Source: Bdellovibrionales bacterium (lineage in GTDB: Bacteria; Bdellovibrionota; Bdellovibrionia; Bdellovibrionales; UBA1609). From it: a stretch of DNA of 64,000 nucleotides. Within the stretch, counting starts at the first letter, position 1. Each line of letters starts with the position of its first letter. The stretch covers positions 59,683-123,682 of the forward strand of contig JAYUKW010000013.1 in assembly GCA_043764155.1 (NCBI GenBank), in the 5' to 3' direction. The notes beneath the pieces were generated by a model. The model worked only from the letters and a program-made list of their open reading frames with translations. It was not told the origin of the DNA and made no database searches. This document shows, piece after piece, positions 1 to 9,773 of the stretch. The translations under genes and the position numbers were made by a program.

Positions 1-42
1 CAACACATATCGTGTTGTTAAATCTTTATTGGGAAAAACAAC

Positions 43-621
43 ATGAAGTATGAAACTATCATATTTGATTTGGATGGAACATTAGTCGACTCAAAAATAA
101 ACTTTTCTGCCATATATCAAAAGTTAAGTCTAAAGCCAGGTAGTTCTATAATAGAACATGTAAATACATTGAACGAGAATGACCGTAAATCTGCATTAGA
201 TATCGTTCATCATCATGAAGACGAAGGGGCAAGGCTTTCGACATTAATCCCTGGAGTCTTTGATTTATTAGCAGAGCTTTTAAATAGAAATATCAACATA
301 GGTGTTTTTACTTTAAATTCTCGCACCATTGCACTTAAGACTTTAGAGATTCATAAAATCAATATCCCTATGTTAATCACAAGAGAAGATGCCAAACCAA
401 AACCAGATCCTGAAGGTTTATTAAAAATCTGTGAGCACTATTCAACTCCCCAAGAAAAAGTACTTTACGTTGGTGACTATAAATACGACCTGATAGCTGG
501 AAAAAACGCTAATATTAAAACGGCGCTGTATTCGGCCGTACCTCCAGATTTTAATACTGAAGATGCCTACCTGAAATTCACACACTACAATGAACTTAAA
601 AAATATTTATTTGAAATTTAG
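43..621 (+). CDS. HAD-superfamily hydrolase (phosphoglycolate phosphatase-like)
   Basis: Motif I FDLDGTL, KPKPDPE and YVGD motifs. Confidence 0.9.
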   Translation: MKYETIIFDLDGTLVDSKINFSAIYQKLSLKPGSSIIEHVNTLNENDRKSALDIVHHHEDEGARLSTLIPGVFDLLAELLNRNINIGVFTLNSRTIALKTLEIHKINIPMLITREDAKPKPDPEGLLKICEHYSTPQEKVLYVGDYKYDLIAGKNANIKTALYSAVPPDFNTEDAYLKFTHYNELKKYLFEI

Positions 622-664
622 TATTTTATGAATCTACAAAAAATAGCTTACTAGGAAGTACACG

Positions 665-874
665 CTATTTCTTTTTGCCTTTCCAAGTCCCACCATACTG
701 ATAACCTATTTCTGCAGCAGATTTTTGACAACATGGCCTACAAACAAAAATCCATTCTTTAGATTTTATTGTTCGAATCCTAAAAGCAACTTGGACGCTG
801 TCGTGACAAAGCTCGCAAGTTTTGTATCTTTCTTGATTTTGTTTTGAAGGATTTGTCATGGTTTGTTGATCCAT
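665..874 (-). CDS. Small putative Zn-binding protein
   Basis: CELC...CRPCC plus YQYGGTWKG C-terminus. ATG at 874 preferred because the longer ORF-track start runs through the inverted repeat. Confidence 0.65.
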   Translation of the reverse strand: MDQQTMTNPSKQNQERYKTCELCHDSVQVAFRIRTIKSKEWIFVCRPCCQKSAAEIGYQYGGTWKGKKK

Positions 875-883
875 TAATTTAAT

Positions 884-1015
884 AGTGCCTACTACCCTTT
901 TCGGATGCGTTGTCACAAAAGACCATTACAACTAAGGTAATTAAATCCAAAAAAAAGTGATTTTTCGAACTTTACTGCTACTGATACAGTGCATCCGAAA
1001 AGGGTACTAGGCACT
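884..1015. repeat. 25-bp inverted repeat pair (family C), REP/MITE-like
   Basis: 884-908 AGTGCCTACTACCCTTTTCGGATGC and 991-1015 GCATCCGAAAAGGGTACTAGGCACT are reverse complements with 1 mismatch. Confidence 0.9.
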
Positions 1016-1018
1016 GCT

Positions 1019-3457
1019 TTAAAAATTCTCGAAGCGATTTAAATCAAGCCATCCTGTTTCGTTGGTTAGTCTGTCTGTGGTTTGCATTGAAAATTGTTTG
1101 TAGATGTCCCAGAAGTTTTTATCAGTTCTAGATATAGAATATTGTTTTAATATATTTTTAACTTTTGCTTCTGAATCAGAATTGATTAATTCATTTAAAA
1201 AAGTTTTAAATTTATCCTCGCTCAGTTCAATGAAAATATTGGCGTATGATGTAGCGATTCCTTCTATCAGGTCTAAACTGTCTTTGCTTGGATTTCGACG
1301 TTCATTTTCAAAGAATATCAATCCAACATTAAAATGATCTTTATTGTGAATTAAAGTGAAGTACTTTTCGTTGTTCTTGCTTTTGATTTTTATTAACAAC
1401 GTATCTGGTAAGTACGACACATTAATCGGTTTAATTTTTTGAATTTGCTTTTTAAAACTTAATATCTGTTTTGAATCTGAATCTGGGAACTGACCTTCAA
1501 TCTGAACTTTAGAAAATCTTTTTTGGATTTTCGTAAGATGGCTCAAGATTATTAGTTTAGATTCATCAACTTTCGAATTTGGGTTTGAGTTAAATTTAGA
1601 GATAGAAGTAAATTTTGAATCTAAATCAGATTCTTTATCTGATCCCTTTTTTAATTTAATACTTTCTATATCTTTTGAATCAATATCCATTCCTTGATAC
1701 TTGTACTCTTCAGACATTTTTTCTTGGACGTCGTTACTGACTAGATCAATTAAATGTTTAAAGACAGACTCTTTCTTTTTAGGTATTTCTTGATTCCACT
1801 CATTTCTAATTTTTATTCTATTTTCTTTAGGCAACAGAGTTAAAAACAAATCCTCTGCCGCTATACGAGAAATATCCATATATAATCTAGAATTAAGCTG
1901 ATGAAGTACAGGACCAAACACATTATATCCTGCAGTTAAATTGTAATAAATTGACTCAAAAACCTGGTAATCTAAAACCCAAAATGTCTTTGGAGCCTCA
2001 CCTTTAAAACCCCGCAACACTTGAGCGCTATCAAAGTGCCTATAGACAGTAAGTGCCGCATTCGTATTGACTTGATCCCCATTCCAAATCCAATCGGTTT
2101 CAATAGTCATATTTTTATTATTATAAAAATTAAATTTTTCTTTAACACCTGACCAATAATCTTTTTTAAATTGAACCATAGGTTTAAAATCATCTTTTAT
2201 TTCAGATGGAAAGGTCATAAGTTTTGATACTTTGCTATATGTTTCTTGGGAGTTCACCAAAGCATCATGTTTAGGATCCATAAACATAACCCAAAAGTTA
2301 TCATTAATGACATTCAAAGCCGTCTGTCCCCTACACACCGGACCCTTGATAAAGGTCATAACAAAGTAACCTGCATCTTTTAGAAAAAACCTATATCTAG
2401 AATTTGGTGGAATCATTTCAAAAGTCGTAAAAGGATTGGCCCCCGCTTTTCCATAATTTGGCATTTTTTTAAAATCTTGAGTCCATTTTGAATTCCAAAA
2501 TAAATCTTTATATTTTTCCAGCCTATCTTTAGAAAAATCAATAGGGATATGATTTTTATGAACGATAGTTTGAATCACTGGGCGAAGACGGTAATAAAAT
2601 TTAGCTTTTGGTTTATCAAAAGGGTAAACCGTTGATGTTTCAAAAATATCACCAGACTTAGTTTCAGACCTAACCATTCTAAAAAACATTTGGGGTTGGT
2701 TTTCAAAAAACACGTTCGCCAAAAAAAAGTGTTCGAAAATATAACGAGCAGAGATTTGAGCTTTAAGATCCTTAGCGTTAAGAAAGTCTTCCCATTCTAA
2801 AACCTGTTTTTTAAAGGCTGAGTGATTAAAAATTTTATTTTCAATATCTTCTGTCTTTGATTCTTTAAATTCGCCACTTTGCCATTTCTCAAAAATATTT
2901 ATTTCATAATCTGTTAACTTTGAAAATCCAAACGGCATCCGTCCTGCAGGATTTTGTTTTGCATAAGTTTTTATATTATCTTCAGCTAATGAACTGATAC
3001 AAATTCTGCTTTTTTCAGATTCATAGGCTTTTTGTTGTCCTGACTCAACGCCTTTTGGTTTTGAAATCAAATAACTCAGTATCGATTTTTTTGAATTCTT
3101 ATCATAAACATTATAGAAGCCTTTTTTTCGCCAGTCCTTTACAGTGTGAGCATCTTCATAAAGTCGTGTTGGCGCACGCCCTTCAAGCTTTGGAAAATCA
3201 TAGATATCAACTTTACTAGCTCCACGAGACAAGCCCTCGAAGCTCGTTAAGTTCAACTGGCATGGAGAATTAAAACAAGAGTGGCAGGCCACACACTTAT
3301 TATTAAATACGGGCTGGACGTCATTAGCGTAAAAATCATTTTTATCATGAAAATCAGCTATTTTTAATTTATTGCTAGTCTTAAACACTCCGTAGCAAGC
3401 ACTTAATCCTAACAAGGTCATACATGTAATTACAAAAAACAATAGTTTAGTTTTCAT
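1019..3457 (-). CDS. cti: Fatty acid cis/trans isomerase (heme c lipoprotein)
   Basis: Lipobox LSAC, CVACHSC heme motif, PCQLNL..EGLSRGASK, FIKGPVCRGQ.ALNVI and ALTVYRHFDSA typical of Cti. Confidence 0.9.
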   Translation of the reverse strand: MKTKLLFFVITCMTLLGLSACYGVFKTSNKLKIADFHDKNDFYANDVQPVFNNKCVACHSCFNSPCQLNLTSFEGLSRGASKVDIYDFPKLEGRAPTRLYEDAHTVKDWRKKGFYNVYDKNSKKSILSYLISKPKGVESGQQKAYESEKSRICISSLAEDNIKTYAKQNPAGRMPFGFSKLTDYEINIFEKWQSGEFKESKTEDIENKIFNHSAFKKQVLEWEDFLNAKDLKAQISARYIFEHFFLANVFFENQPQMFFRMVRSETKSGDIFETSTVYPFDKPKAKFYYRLRPVIQTIVHKNHIPIDFSKDRLEKYKDLFWNSKWTQDFKKMPNYGKAGANPFTTFEMIPPNSRYRFFLKDAGYFVMTFIKGPVCRGQTALNVINDNFWVMFMDPKHDALVNSQETYSKVSKLMTFPSEIKDDFKPMVQFKKDYWSGVKEKFNFYNNKNMTIETDWIWNGDQVNTNAALTVYRHFDSAQVLRGFKGEAPKTFWVLDYQVFESIYYNLTAGYNVFGPVLHQLNSRLYMDISRIAAEDLFLTLLPKENRIKIRNEWNQEIPKKKESVFKHLIDLVSNDVQEKMSEEYKYQGMDIDSKDIESIKLKKGSDKESDLDSKFTSISKFNSNPNSKVDESKLIILSHLTKIQKRFSKVQIEGQFPDSDSKQILSFKKQIQKIKPINVSYLPDTLLIKIKSKNNEKYFTLIHNKDHFNVGLIFFENERRNPSKDSLDLIEGIATSYANIFIELSEDKFKTFLNELINSDSEAKVKNILKQYSISRTDKNFWDIYKQFSMQTTDRLTNETGWLDLNRFENF

Positions 3458-3569
3458 TTTTATCGCCTAATTAAATTTTATTTTTTTAATAAAGTTGTTT
3501 GTCTAAATATAATTTTTAATTATATAGATTGATATCTTATTTGAAATATTTATAATTTTGAATCAAAAC

Positions 3570-3908
3570 TTATAGGGATTTTGGTAAATCCAACCTATTC
3601 CATTCCAGCATTCCACCAATCATATTGCTGACTTTGGTGAAACCAAGATCTTGTGCCATTTGGGTCGCTTGAGCGGACCGACCGCCGCTTCGACAGACAA
3701 ATGTGATTTGAAGTTTTTTGTTTTCATGATTTAAATAGTCCATCAGATCAGGACCTAATGTTCTAAGTTCGGCGCCTTCGATGTGGCCCAGCTCGCCGGT
3801 GAATTCTTCGTCACGACGAACATCAATGATTTTAAAATCTGATTTATTTTTTAGAAGATCTTCACAAATAATTTCGTTGATTCCTAAAGCCGTATTTTTT
3901 TTAAACAT
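3570..3908 (-). CDS. Rhodanese-like sulfurtransferase
   Basis: IIDVR..EF, GHIEGA, active-site CRSGGRS, GGMLEW. Confidence 0.9.
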   Translation of the reverse strand: MFKKNTALGINEIICEDLLKNKSDFKIIDVRRDEEFTGELGHIEGAELRTLGPDLMDYLNHENKKLQITFVCRSGGRSAQATQMAQDLGFTKVSNMIGGMLEWNRLDLPKSL

Positions 3909-3932
3909 TATAGACCATCTCTTTTTTTAAAA

Positions 3933-4313
3933 TTATTTTATTTCTGCTTGAAATCCAGCCGCAGTGATTAATTCTAAAACCGTTTCTTTATCGACTTCAT
4001 CATTGAAATAAATTAAAAAATTTTTACTTTCAGAAGGAATAACTTTATAAATTTTAGTATTATCCTGAAGAACAGATTTGATTTTAAATACGCTATTGGC
4101 ATCTAGTGAATCACTAACAAAGACATTTATGCTTTTTAATTTAGTTAAATCTTTTTCTGTACGATCGACAAAATCAATTTTGTCGTCTTCAGATAACTTC
4201 TCTTCAACGACTGCTTTTTGTTGTACTTTTTTTTCAAATAGTCCTAAAAAAGCTTGTGACGTAGTTAAATAAAAAAATGAAGTGAATACAAAAATTAAAA
4301 TATTAAATCCCAT
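3933..4313 (-). CDS. Secreted hypothetical protein, possible HMA/ferredoxin-like C-terminus
   Basis: Signal-peptide-like N-terminus, GGAG RBS, C-terminal LELITAAGFQA. No CxxC. Confidence 0.55.
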   Translation of the reverse strand: MGFNILIFVFTSFFYLTTSQAFLGLFEKKVQQKAVVEEKLSEDDKIDFVDRTEKDLTKLKSINVFVSDSLDANSVFKIKSVLQDNTKIYKVIPSESKNFLIYFNDEVDKETVLELITAAGFQAEIK

Positions 4314-4446
4314 GTTTATTTACTCCAAACATATACTTTATTAAACTTAACCTAAATTTATAATTATTTTTATTTTCAAAAAATTAAGCCAAATTATTAA
4401 TCTCAAATATATATTCCAGTTTTTAGCTTAATCCATTTAAATTTTA

Positions 4447-5112
4447 TTAAGCGCTAGTGTCTTCAGAAGTTGTCGCTTCAGTGTCGACTTCTTTAGAACC
4501 TAGTTTCGCAGCCGCAGCTTCTTTTTCGTTTAACTTTCTTTCTCTTTCATTTCGCTTTTTAATGTCCTTAATTTTACCTGCATCAGGAGCAATGATCGCA
4601 TACAGCTGACGGCCTTCTTTTTGCGGAGGGACTTCTAAAATCGCGTACTCTTCCAACATTTTTGCGAAGCGGTTTACTAGTTCATAGCCTTGCTCTTGGT
4701 GGGCCATCTCTCGACCAGAAAATCTTAAATTAACTTTAACTTTATCGCCATCAAGTAAAAAGCGTTTGGCGTGTTTAGATTTAGTTTCTAAATCATGATC
4801 TTCAGTTCGTGGACGAAGCTGAATCTCTTTAGTTTGAACAATAACTTGTTTTTTTCTGGCTTCAGTCTGCTTCTTTTTATTTTCATATTTAAAGCGACCG
4901 TAATCCATAATTTTACAAGTAGGAGGTTTTGCAGTAGGAGCAATTTCAATCAGATCTAAACCACGTTCTTGAGCAATTTTAACAGCGTCATTGACTGAAA
5001 ATACACCCAACATTTCACCATCATCAGCGATCACACGAACTTCGGTGGCGCGGATGTCGTAATTCATTTTTAAACCCATATCTCTTTTTTGTGATCCTGT
5101 GCGTTTTTTAAT
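4447..5112 (-). CDS. infC: Translation initiation factor IF-3 (ATT start)
   Basis: IRATEVRVI, PPTCKIMDYG, KEIQLRP, GDKVK motifs. In-frame ATT at 5112-5110 follows AAGGAGG (5124-5118). Confidence 0.95.
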   Translation of the reverse strand: MKKRTGSQKRDMGLKMNYDIRATEVRVIADDGEMLGVFSVNDAVKIAQERGLDLIEIAPTAKPPTCKIMDYGRFKYENKKKQTEARKKQVIVQTKEIQLRPRTEDHDLETKSKHAKRFLLDGDKVKVNLRFSGREMAHQEQGYELVNRFAKMLEEYAILEVPPQKEGRQLYAIIAPDAGKIKDIKKRNERERKLNEKEAAAAKLGSKEVDTEATTSEDTSA

Positions 5113-5152
5113 ATCTTCCTCCTTAAGGAATTATATTTTCTTAAATATTTTT

Positions 5153-7120
5153 TTAAATATTTTCTTTACTACTTTCATTCATGTTTTCTAATAACTTAGT
5201 TTCAAAAATTTTATTTTCAATATCTTGAGTCAATAGGGCTAAGAACTTCATTAAAGTTAAACCTGAACTTTGAATCCCATTTAAATTTCTGACAGAGACT
5301 TCACCGTTCTGCATCTCTTTGTCCCCGATCACTAACATGTAAGGGATTTTATCTAACTGGGCTTGCCTGATTTTAAATCCTAACTTTTCGGCTCTAGAGT
5401 CAAACTCAGCTCGGATATTCATTTCTTTTAAAGATTTTAAAAGCTCTTCACAATACGGCTTCTGTGCGTCCGTTAAATTTAAAATTCTAACTTGTAATGG
5501 CGACATCCAAACCGGCAAGCGACCAGCGGTGTGTTCAAGATAAACCCCTATAAATCGTTCTAAGGATCCAAGGATCGCTCGGTGAAGCATCACAGGTTTT
5601 TCTTCGCTGTTACTTTCACCCGTATAAGATAATTTAAATGCATTCGGTAAATTAAAATCACATTGCAAGGTGCCCAGCTGCCATGGACGATTTAAAGCAT
5701 CCACAAACATAATATCAAGCTTAGGACCATAAAAGGCTCCGTCGCCTTCATTGATTTTGTAAGGTAAACCCAACTGCTCTAAAGCGGCTTTTAATGCCCC
5801 TTCCGCTTGATCCCACACACTTTCATCACCCATTCGTTTTTCAGGACGAGTGGATAGAAAAATATTATAGTTTTGCATTCCAAGTTCTGTGTACACTTCA
5901 TTTAAAAACACCATGAAGTCTTTGATTTCAGATTGAAGCTGTTCCACACGACAAAAAATATGGGCGTCATCTTGGCAAAAAGTTCTGACCCGAGTCAGAC
6001 CATGCATGACCCCACTTCTTTCAAAGCGGTGAAGACGTCCAAAGTCTGCAATTCTTAAGGGAAGATCACGGTAAGATTTTTTTTCACTGGAATACAAAAT
6101 ACAATGTCCAGGGCAATTCATGGGTTTCACTGAAAATTCTTTTTCATCAATTTCAGTGAAGTACATATTTTCTTTATAATTTTCGTAGTGCCCACTGGTA
6201 TGAAAAAGTTCAGTGTCATAAATTTGCGGTGTTATGACTTCTTGATACCCGTACTTAATGTATTTTTCACGCATATAATTTTGAAGCGAATTATAAATGA
6301 TTGTGCCTTTTGGCGTAAAAAACGGAGATCCTGGTGCCAGTGGACTAAATGTAAATAGATTTAAATCTTTACCCAATTTTCTATGATCACGCTTTTTTGC
6401 TTCTTCAAGCATGTCTAAATAATTTTTAAGTTCTTTTGAATTTTCAAAGGCGGTCGCATAAATACGTTGAAGCTGTTCCCTTTTTTCATCCCCGCGCCAG
6501 TAACTTCCGGCAACAGATAAAAGTTTAACCGCTTTGATTTGACCAGTTCTTTGCACATGGGGTCCTCGACATAAATCAAACCAAGTTCCTTGAGTGTAAA
6601 TACCAATAGGTTCAGACACAGGAAATCCATCAATGAGTTCCAATTTATATTTTTCACCTAAATCTTTAAATCTTTTGATGGCGTCACTGCGACTTAAAAT
6701 TTCTTTTTTAATTTCAAGATCATCACTTACAATTTTTGCCATTTTCTTTTCGATCTGTTCTAAATCTTCCGGAGTGAACTTGTGTTCCGAATCAAAATCA
6801 TAGTAAAAGCCATTTTCGATCACAGGACCAATCGTGACTTTGGTGTTGGGCCACAAATCTTGAACAGCTTGGGCCATAATGTGGGCGGCTGAGTGACGTA
6901 GAACCTCACGACCTGATTCTGAATTGTCTGTCACGATCTGAAGCTTAGTGCCGTCTTTTAAGGGGGATCTTAAATCCAGGATATCTTGTGACCCATTAAT
7001 CATTCCACCGACGGTGGATCTTGCTAAGCGCTCGCCGATTGATAAGGCGACTTCTAAGATCGTCGGTTCGTGATCAAATACTTTTTTGCTGTTGTCAGGG
7101 AGGATTATATTAATTTGCAT
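5153..7120 (-). CDS. thrS: Threonine--tRNA ligase
   Basis: TGS domain, RHSAAH, DLCRGPH, RDHRKLG, KPMNCPGH, GAFYGPKLD, HRAILGSLERF. Confidence 0.98.
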   Translation of the reverse strand: MQINIILPDNSKKVFDHEPTILEVALSIGERLARSTVGGMINGSQDILDLRSPLKDGTKLQIVTDNSESGREVLRHSAAHIMAQAVQDLWPNTKVTIGPVIENGFYYDFDSEHKFTPEDLEQIEKKMAKIVSDDLEIKKEILSRSDAIKRFKDLGEKYKLELIDGFPVSEPIGIYTQGTWFDLCRGPHVQRTGQIKAVKLLSVAGSYWRGDEKREQLQRIYATAFENSKELKNYLDMLEEAKKRDHRKLGKDLNLFTFSPLAPGSPFFTPKGTIIYNSLQNYMREKYIKYGYQEVITPQIYDTELFHTSGHYENYKENMYFTEIDEKEFSVKPMNCPGHCILYSSEKKSYRDLPLRIADFGRLHRFERSGVMHGLTRVRTFCQDDAHIFCRVEQLQSEIKDFMVFLNEVYTELGMQNYNIFLSTRPEKRMGDESVWDQAEGALKAALEQLGLPYKINEGDGAFYGPKLDIMFVDALNRPWQLGTLQCDFNLPNAFKLSYTGESNSEEKPVMLHRAILGSLERFIGVYLEHTAGRLPVWMSPLQVRILNLTDAQKPYCEELLKSLKEMNIRAEFDSRAEKLGFKIRQAQLDKIPYMLVIGDKEMQNGEVSVRNLNGIQSSGLTLMKFLALLTQDIENKIFETKLLENMNESSKENI

Positions 7121-7343
7121 TAAAATTATGAGGCTAAGTTAATAGTAGAGTTAATAGAGATGTTCTTGATTACAGCTTTAAAGCCAAAAAGAATTGTTGG
7201 TATAGCTGCTGATGTAACTGTAGCTTGTGATATTGATTTTTTTGGCATGAACCCTAGCATCATAGAGCTATGTTATCACAACCAGTTCATTTAGTGTCAA
7301 CATTAGTTTTATTAAGGATTTAGGGATGAGTGAACTCTTTTGA

Positions 7344-7374
7344 ACCACCGCTACGGTGGTATAAAACTAAGCAT
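7344..7374 (-). repeat. HNH-associated hairpin motif (family A), copy 1
   Basis: + strand ACCACCG-CTA-CGGTGGT-ATAAAA-CTAA-GCAT, perfect 7-bp stem. Confidence 0.85.
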
Positions 7375-7433
7375 CTTGTTTTTAAATTATATGTAAGTTT
7401 TAATTTTTAAAATTGCGGCTTAAGCTTTATCAG

Positions 7434-7967
7434 TTAATTTAAAAGTTGATCTAGGGATTGAAGAACAGACTCTTCAATATCACCGCCATTTTGTTTAAAA
7501 AATTCACATGCTGGTGCTCCTCGAACTTCAACAACCTCTTCCAAGCCCATATTTAAAATAATATGTCCTAAACCATCTTCAGTTGTTGAGGTGAAAACAA
7601 ACGCATGCCCAGGAGCCATAAGCTCGTCCTTCGGAACCAAAATATCTTGATTCACGTTAATTTTTACAGTGGCCACAGGAAAGTCCAGATGATCAAGCTT
7701 AAGCTCAGTCATTAGATTAAGTGTGATTAAAGCCTTTTCCAGTCTTAGTTTATACTTTTCTTTTTTTTCAGAGCCTTCAGGCTGTTTGTTATACATCTTT
7801 AAAGTGAGCTCATAGGTTCGAAGTGAGGATTCTTCTATAGATACAAAATCAAAATATCTTTCGCAGTAGGATTTATCGACAAAAACTTGAATGCCTATAA
7901 CACTATAATCTGCATACGCTAATACGCTTAAAAATTGAAGACTCAAAGTCATAAACAAAATTTTCAT
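7434..7967 (-). CDS. Secreted orphan hypothetical protein
   Basis: 177-aa ORF, signal peptide ending AYA, GGGGGA RBS. Confidence 0.7.
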   Translation of the reverse strand: MKILFMTLSLQFLSVLAYADYSVIGIQVFVDKSYCERYFDFVSIEESSLRTYELTLKMYNKQPEGSEKKEKYKLRLEKALITLNLMTELKLDHLDFPVATVKINVNQDILVPKDELMAPGHAFVFTSTTEDGLGHIILNMGLEEVVEVRGAPACEFFKQNGGDIEESVLQSLDQLLN

Positions 7968-8142
7968 AATCCCCCCGGTTTAAGATTAAAAACATAAGCT
8001 GAAATTTAAATTTACACAAAATATATTCATTCAATCAACTCACTTAAGTGAAACAGGACCTAGAAATAAAAGTTTCTGATTTAAGTTAATTTAAGATTTT
8101 AATACATCACTGCAGAAGTATTATAAGATTATGTAAAAAAAA

Positions 8143-9000
8143 TCAATTTGGCTTCAACTGAAAAGTTCGCATCGAAATAGATCCGTTTTGAATTCCCTCA
8201 TATTCAAAAATCAACTGATCTTGACCGTCACTGGCCCCAAGTATGTAGTGCAAGGGAAGATAATGCTCTAATGTGGGAACACTCAACTTTCCCGCCGGTG
8301 AATTATGAAAGTCGTGCATGACAGATTTAAAATCTTTAGCTTCTAATTTTTGTTTAAACCATTCATCAAATTCTATAGCCCAATCAAAGGGTTTAGCATC
8401 AGCGCCCCAACGGATCTGACTTAAATTATGAACTATATTTCCACTGCCTAAAATTAGAATTCCTTGATCTCTTAAGCTTGAAATTCTTTGACCAATTTGT
8501 TCATGATACTCATAAGGTTTTGATAAATCTAAACTCAGTTGTAAAACTGGAATGTCAGCATTGGGGTACATATGTCTTAGAACTGACCACGAGCCATGAT
8601 CTAAACCCCAAATCTCTTTATCACCATGAACTTCCGAAGATGTGACTGTGTTTAGTGATGAGTTAATAGTCGAGAATTTCTCAGACGTCTTCACTGGTTT
8701 TTTGACTGCATTTTTAACTAAAGTGGCCACGTCCAAACTTCCTGGTGCAGGATATTTAATATCAAACAGAGCTTGTGGAAAACCGTAAAAATCATGAATC
8801 GTTTTTGGGTTTGCCATTTCGGTGACCCAAGTGCCTTCTGTCATCCAATGCGCTGAAACACATAAAATAGCTTTTGGTTTCTGAATTTTTTCGGCCAAAG
8901 TTTTTAAACTTTGAGTGAAGCTATTATCTTCGATTGCATTCATAGGACTGCCATGACCAATAAAAACAACTGGCATTCTTGCAAGTTTAGATGAAGACAT
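8143..9000 (-). CDS. ygiD: DODA-type extradiol ring-cleavage dioxygenase (YgiD/LigB family)
   Basis: FIGHGSPMNA, SAHW, TIHDFYGFP, WGLDHG, GSGNIVHNL, PTLEHYLP. Confidence 0.9.
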   Translation of the reverse strand: MSSSKLARMPVVFIGHGSPMNAIEDNSFTQSLKTLAEKIQKPKAILCVSAHWMTEGTWVTEMANPKTIHDFYGFPQALFDIKYPAPGSLDVATLVKNAVKKPVKTSEKFSTINSSLNTVTSSEVHGDKEIWGLDHGSWSVLRHMYPNADIPVLQLSLDLSKPYEYHEQIGQRISSLRDQGILILGSGNIVHNLSQIRWGADAKPFDWAIEFDEWFKQKLEAKDFKSVMHDFHNSPAGKLSVPTLEHYLPLHYILGASDGQDQLIFEYEGIQNGSISMRTFQLKPN

Positions 9001-9254
9001 TTAATCCTTCCTTAAGAAATTAGCTTATTTCTCTGCTATTTCTATTTTTTTATAAAAACAAATATTGATTAAATTTAAATGCAACACCAATCAGGAAGTC
9101 TAGGTCGCGATTGATCCCGTCTAAGTCTTCAAGGTCTTCTTGAATAGCCACTGATGTGGACATCGATAAAGCTTCCAAAGAGGCCGTGGCAGCCGTGTCT
9201 TTATCTTCCCCATCAAGATCCATGGTCTGCACCGGCAACAGTAGAAATATTTTA

Positions 9255-9773
9255 TTAATTTACAGTAATTAAACCAGAAAAATTAATTACAGCTTTACAC
9301 GTAGGATCATCACAACCCTTAATGTTTTGAATATCATTAGAAACCTTTTTTGCATCAATCACGAATTTCTTATTTTTAAGGCCTTCATCAAGCACTACAA
9401 CTTCATAAATACCTGGTTTAAAACGTTTTGCGGATACAAACGAATATCCAGTGGTGATTTTAAAGGTGACATCTACACTGTAGAGCTCACCCTTAGAGTA
9501 CATAGTTAAGTATATGACCTGAGTCAGCGAGACATCCGAGGCCCCGCCCAGATCCTCAACAACAATATTGACAATCAAACTATGCTGCTCTTTATCCAAC
9601 AAATTAATAACTTTTATAATTCGGGCTATATTAATTTTAGCATTTTCGTCAGAGATACTTTTTATTTTTTCTGCAAAAACGAAAGTATTAAAAAATAATA
9701 AAATAATAAAAATATAATATTTTATATTTACCATCAAATTAAAAAAACAAAAAACCAAATTTTTAATAAACAA
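9255..9773 (-). CDS. Secreted hypothetical protein
   Basis: Hydrophobic N-terminus ending VFA, VEDLGGASDVS core. Start uncertain. Confidence 0.65.
   Translation of the reverse strand: MFIKNLVFCFFNLMVNIKYYIFIILLFFNTFVFAEKIKSISDENAKINIARIIKVINLLDKEQHSLIVNIVVEDLGGASDVSLTQVIYLTMYSKGELYSVDVTFKITTGYSFVSAKRFKPGIYEVVVLDEGLKNKKFVIDAKKVSNDIQNIKGCDDPTCKAVINFSGLITVN

Noticed and set aside
7004..7018. TCCACCG-A-CGGTGGA palindrome in thrS resembling family A
   Set aside because: 1-nt loop, lacks the TTTTAT/ATGC flank, and lies in conserved coding sequence. Likely chance.
9050..9238. 62-aa acidic ORF between ygiD and the 172-aa gene
   Set aside because: TTG start with no RBS and no recognisable family. 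It may be a gene remnant but cannot be supported.
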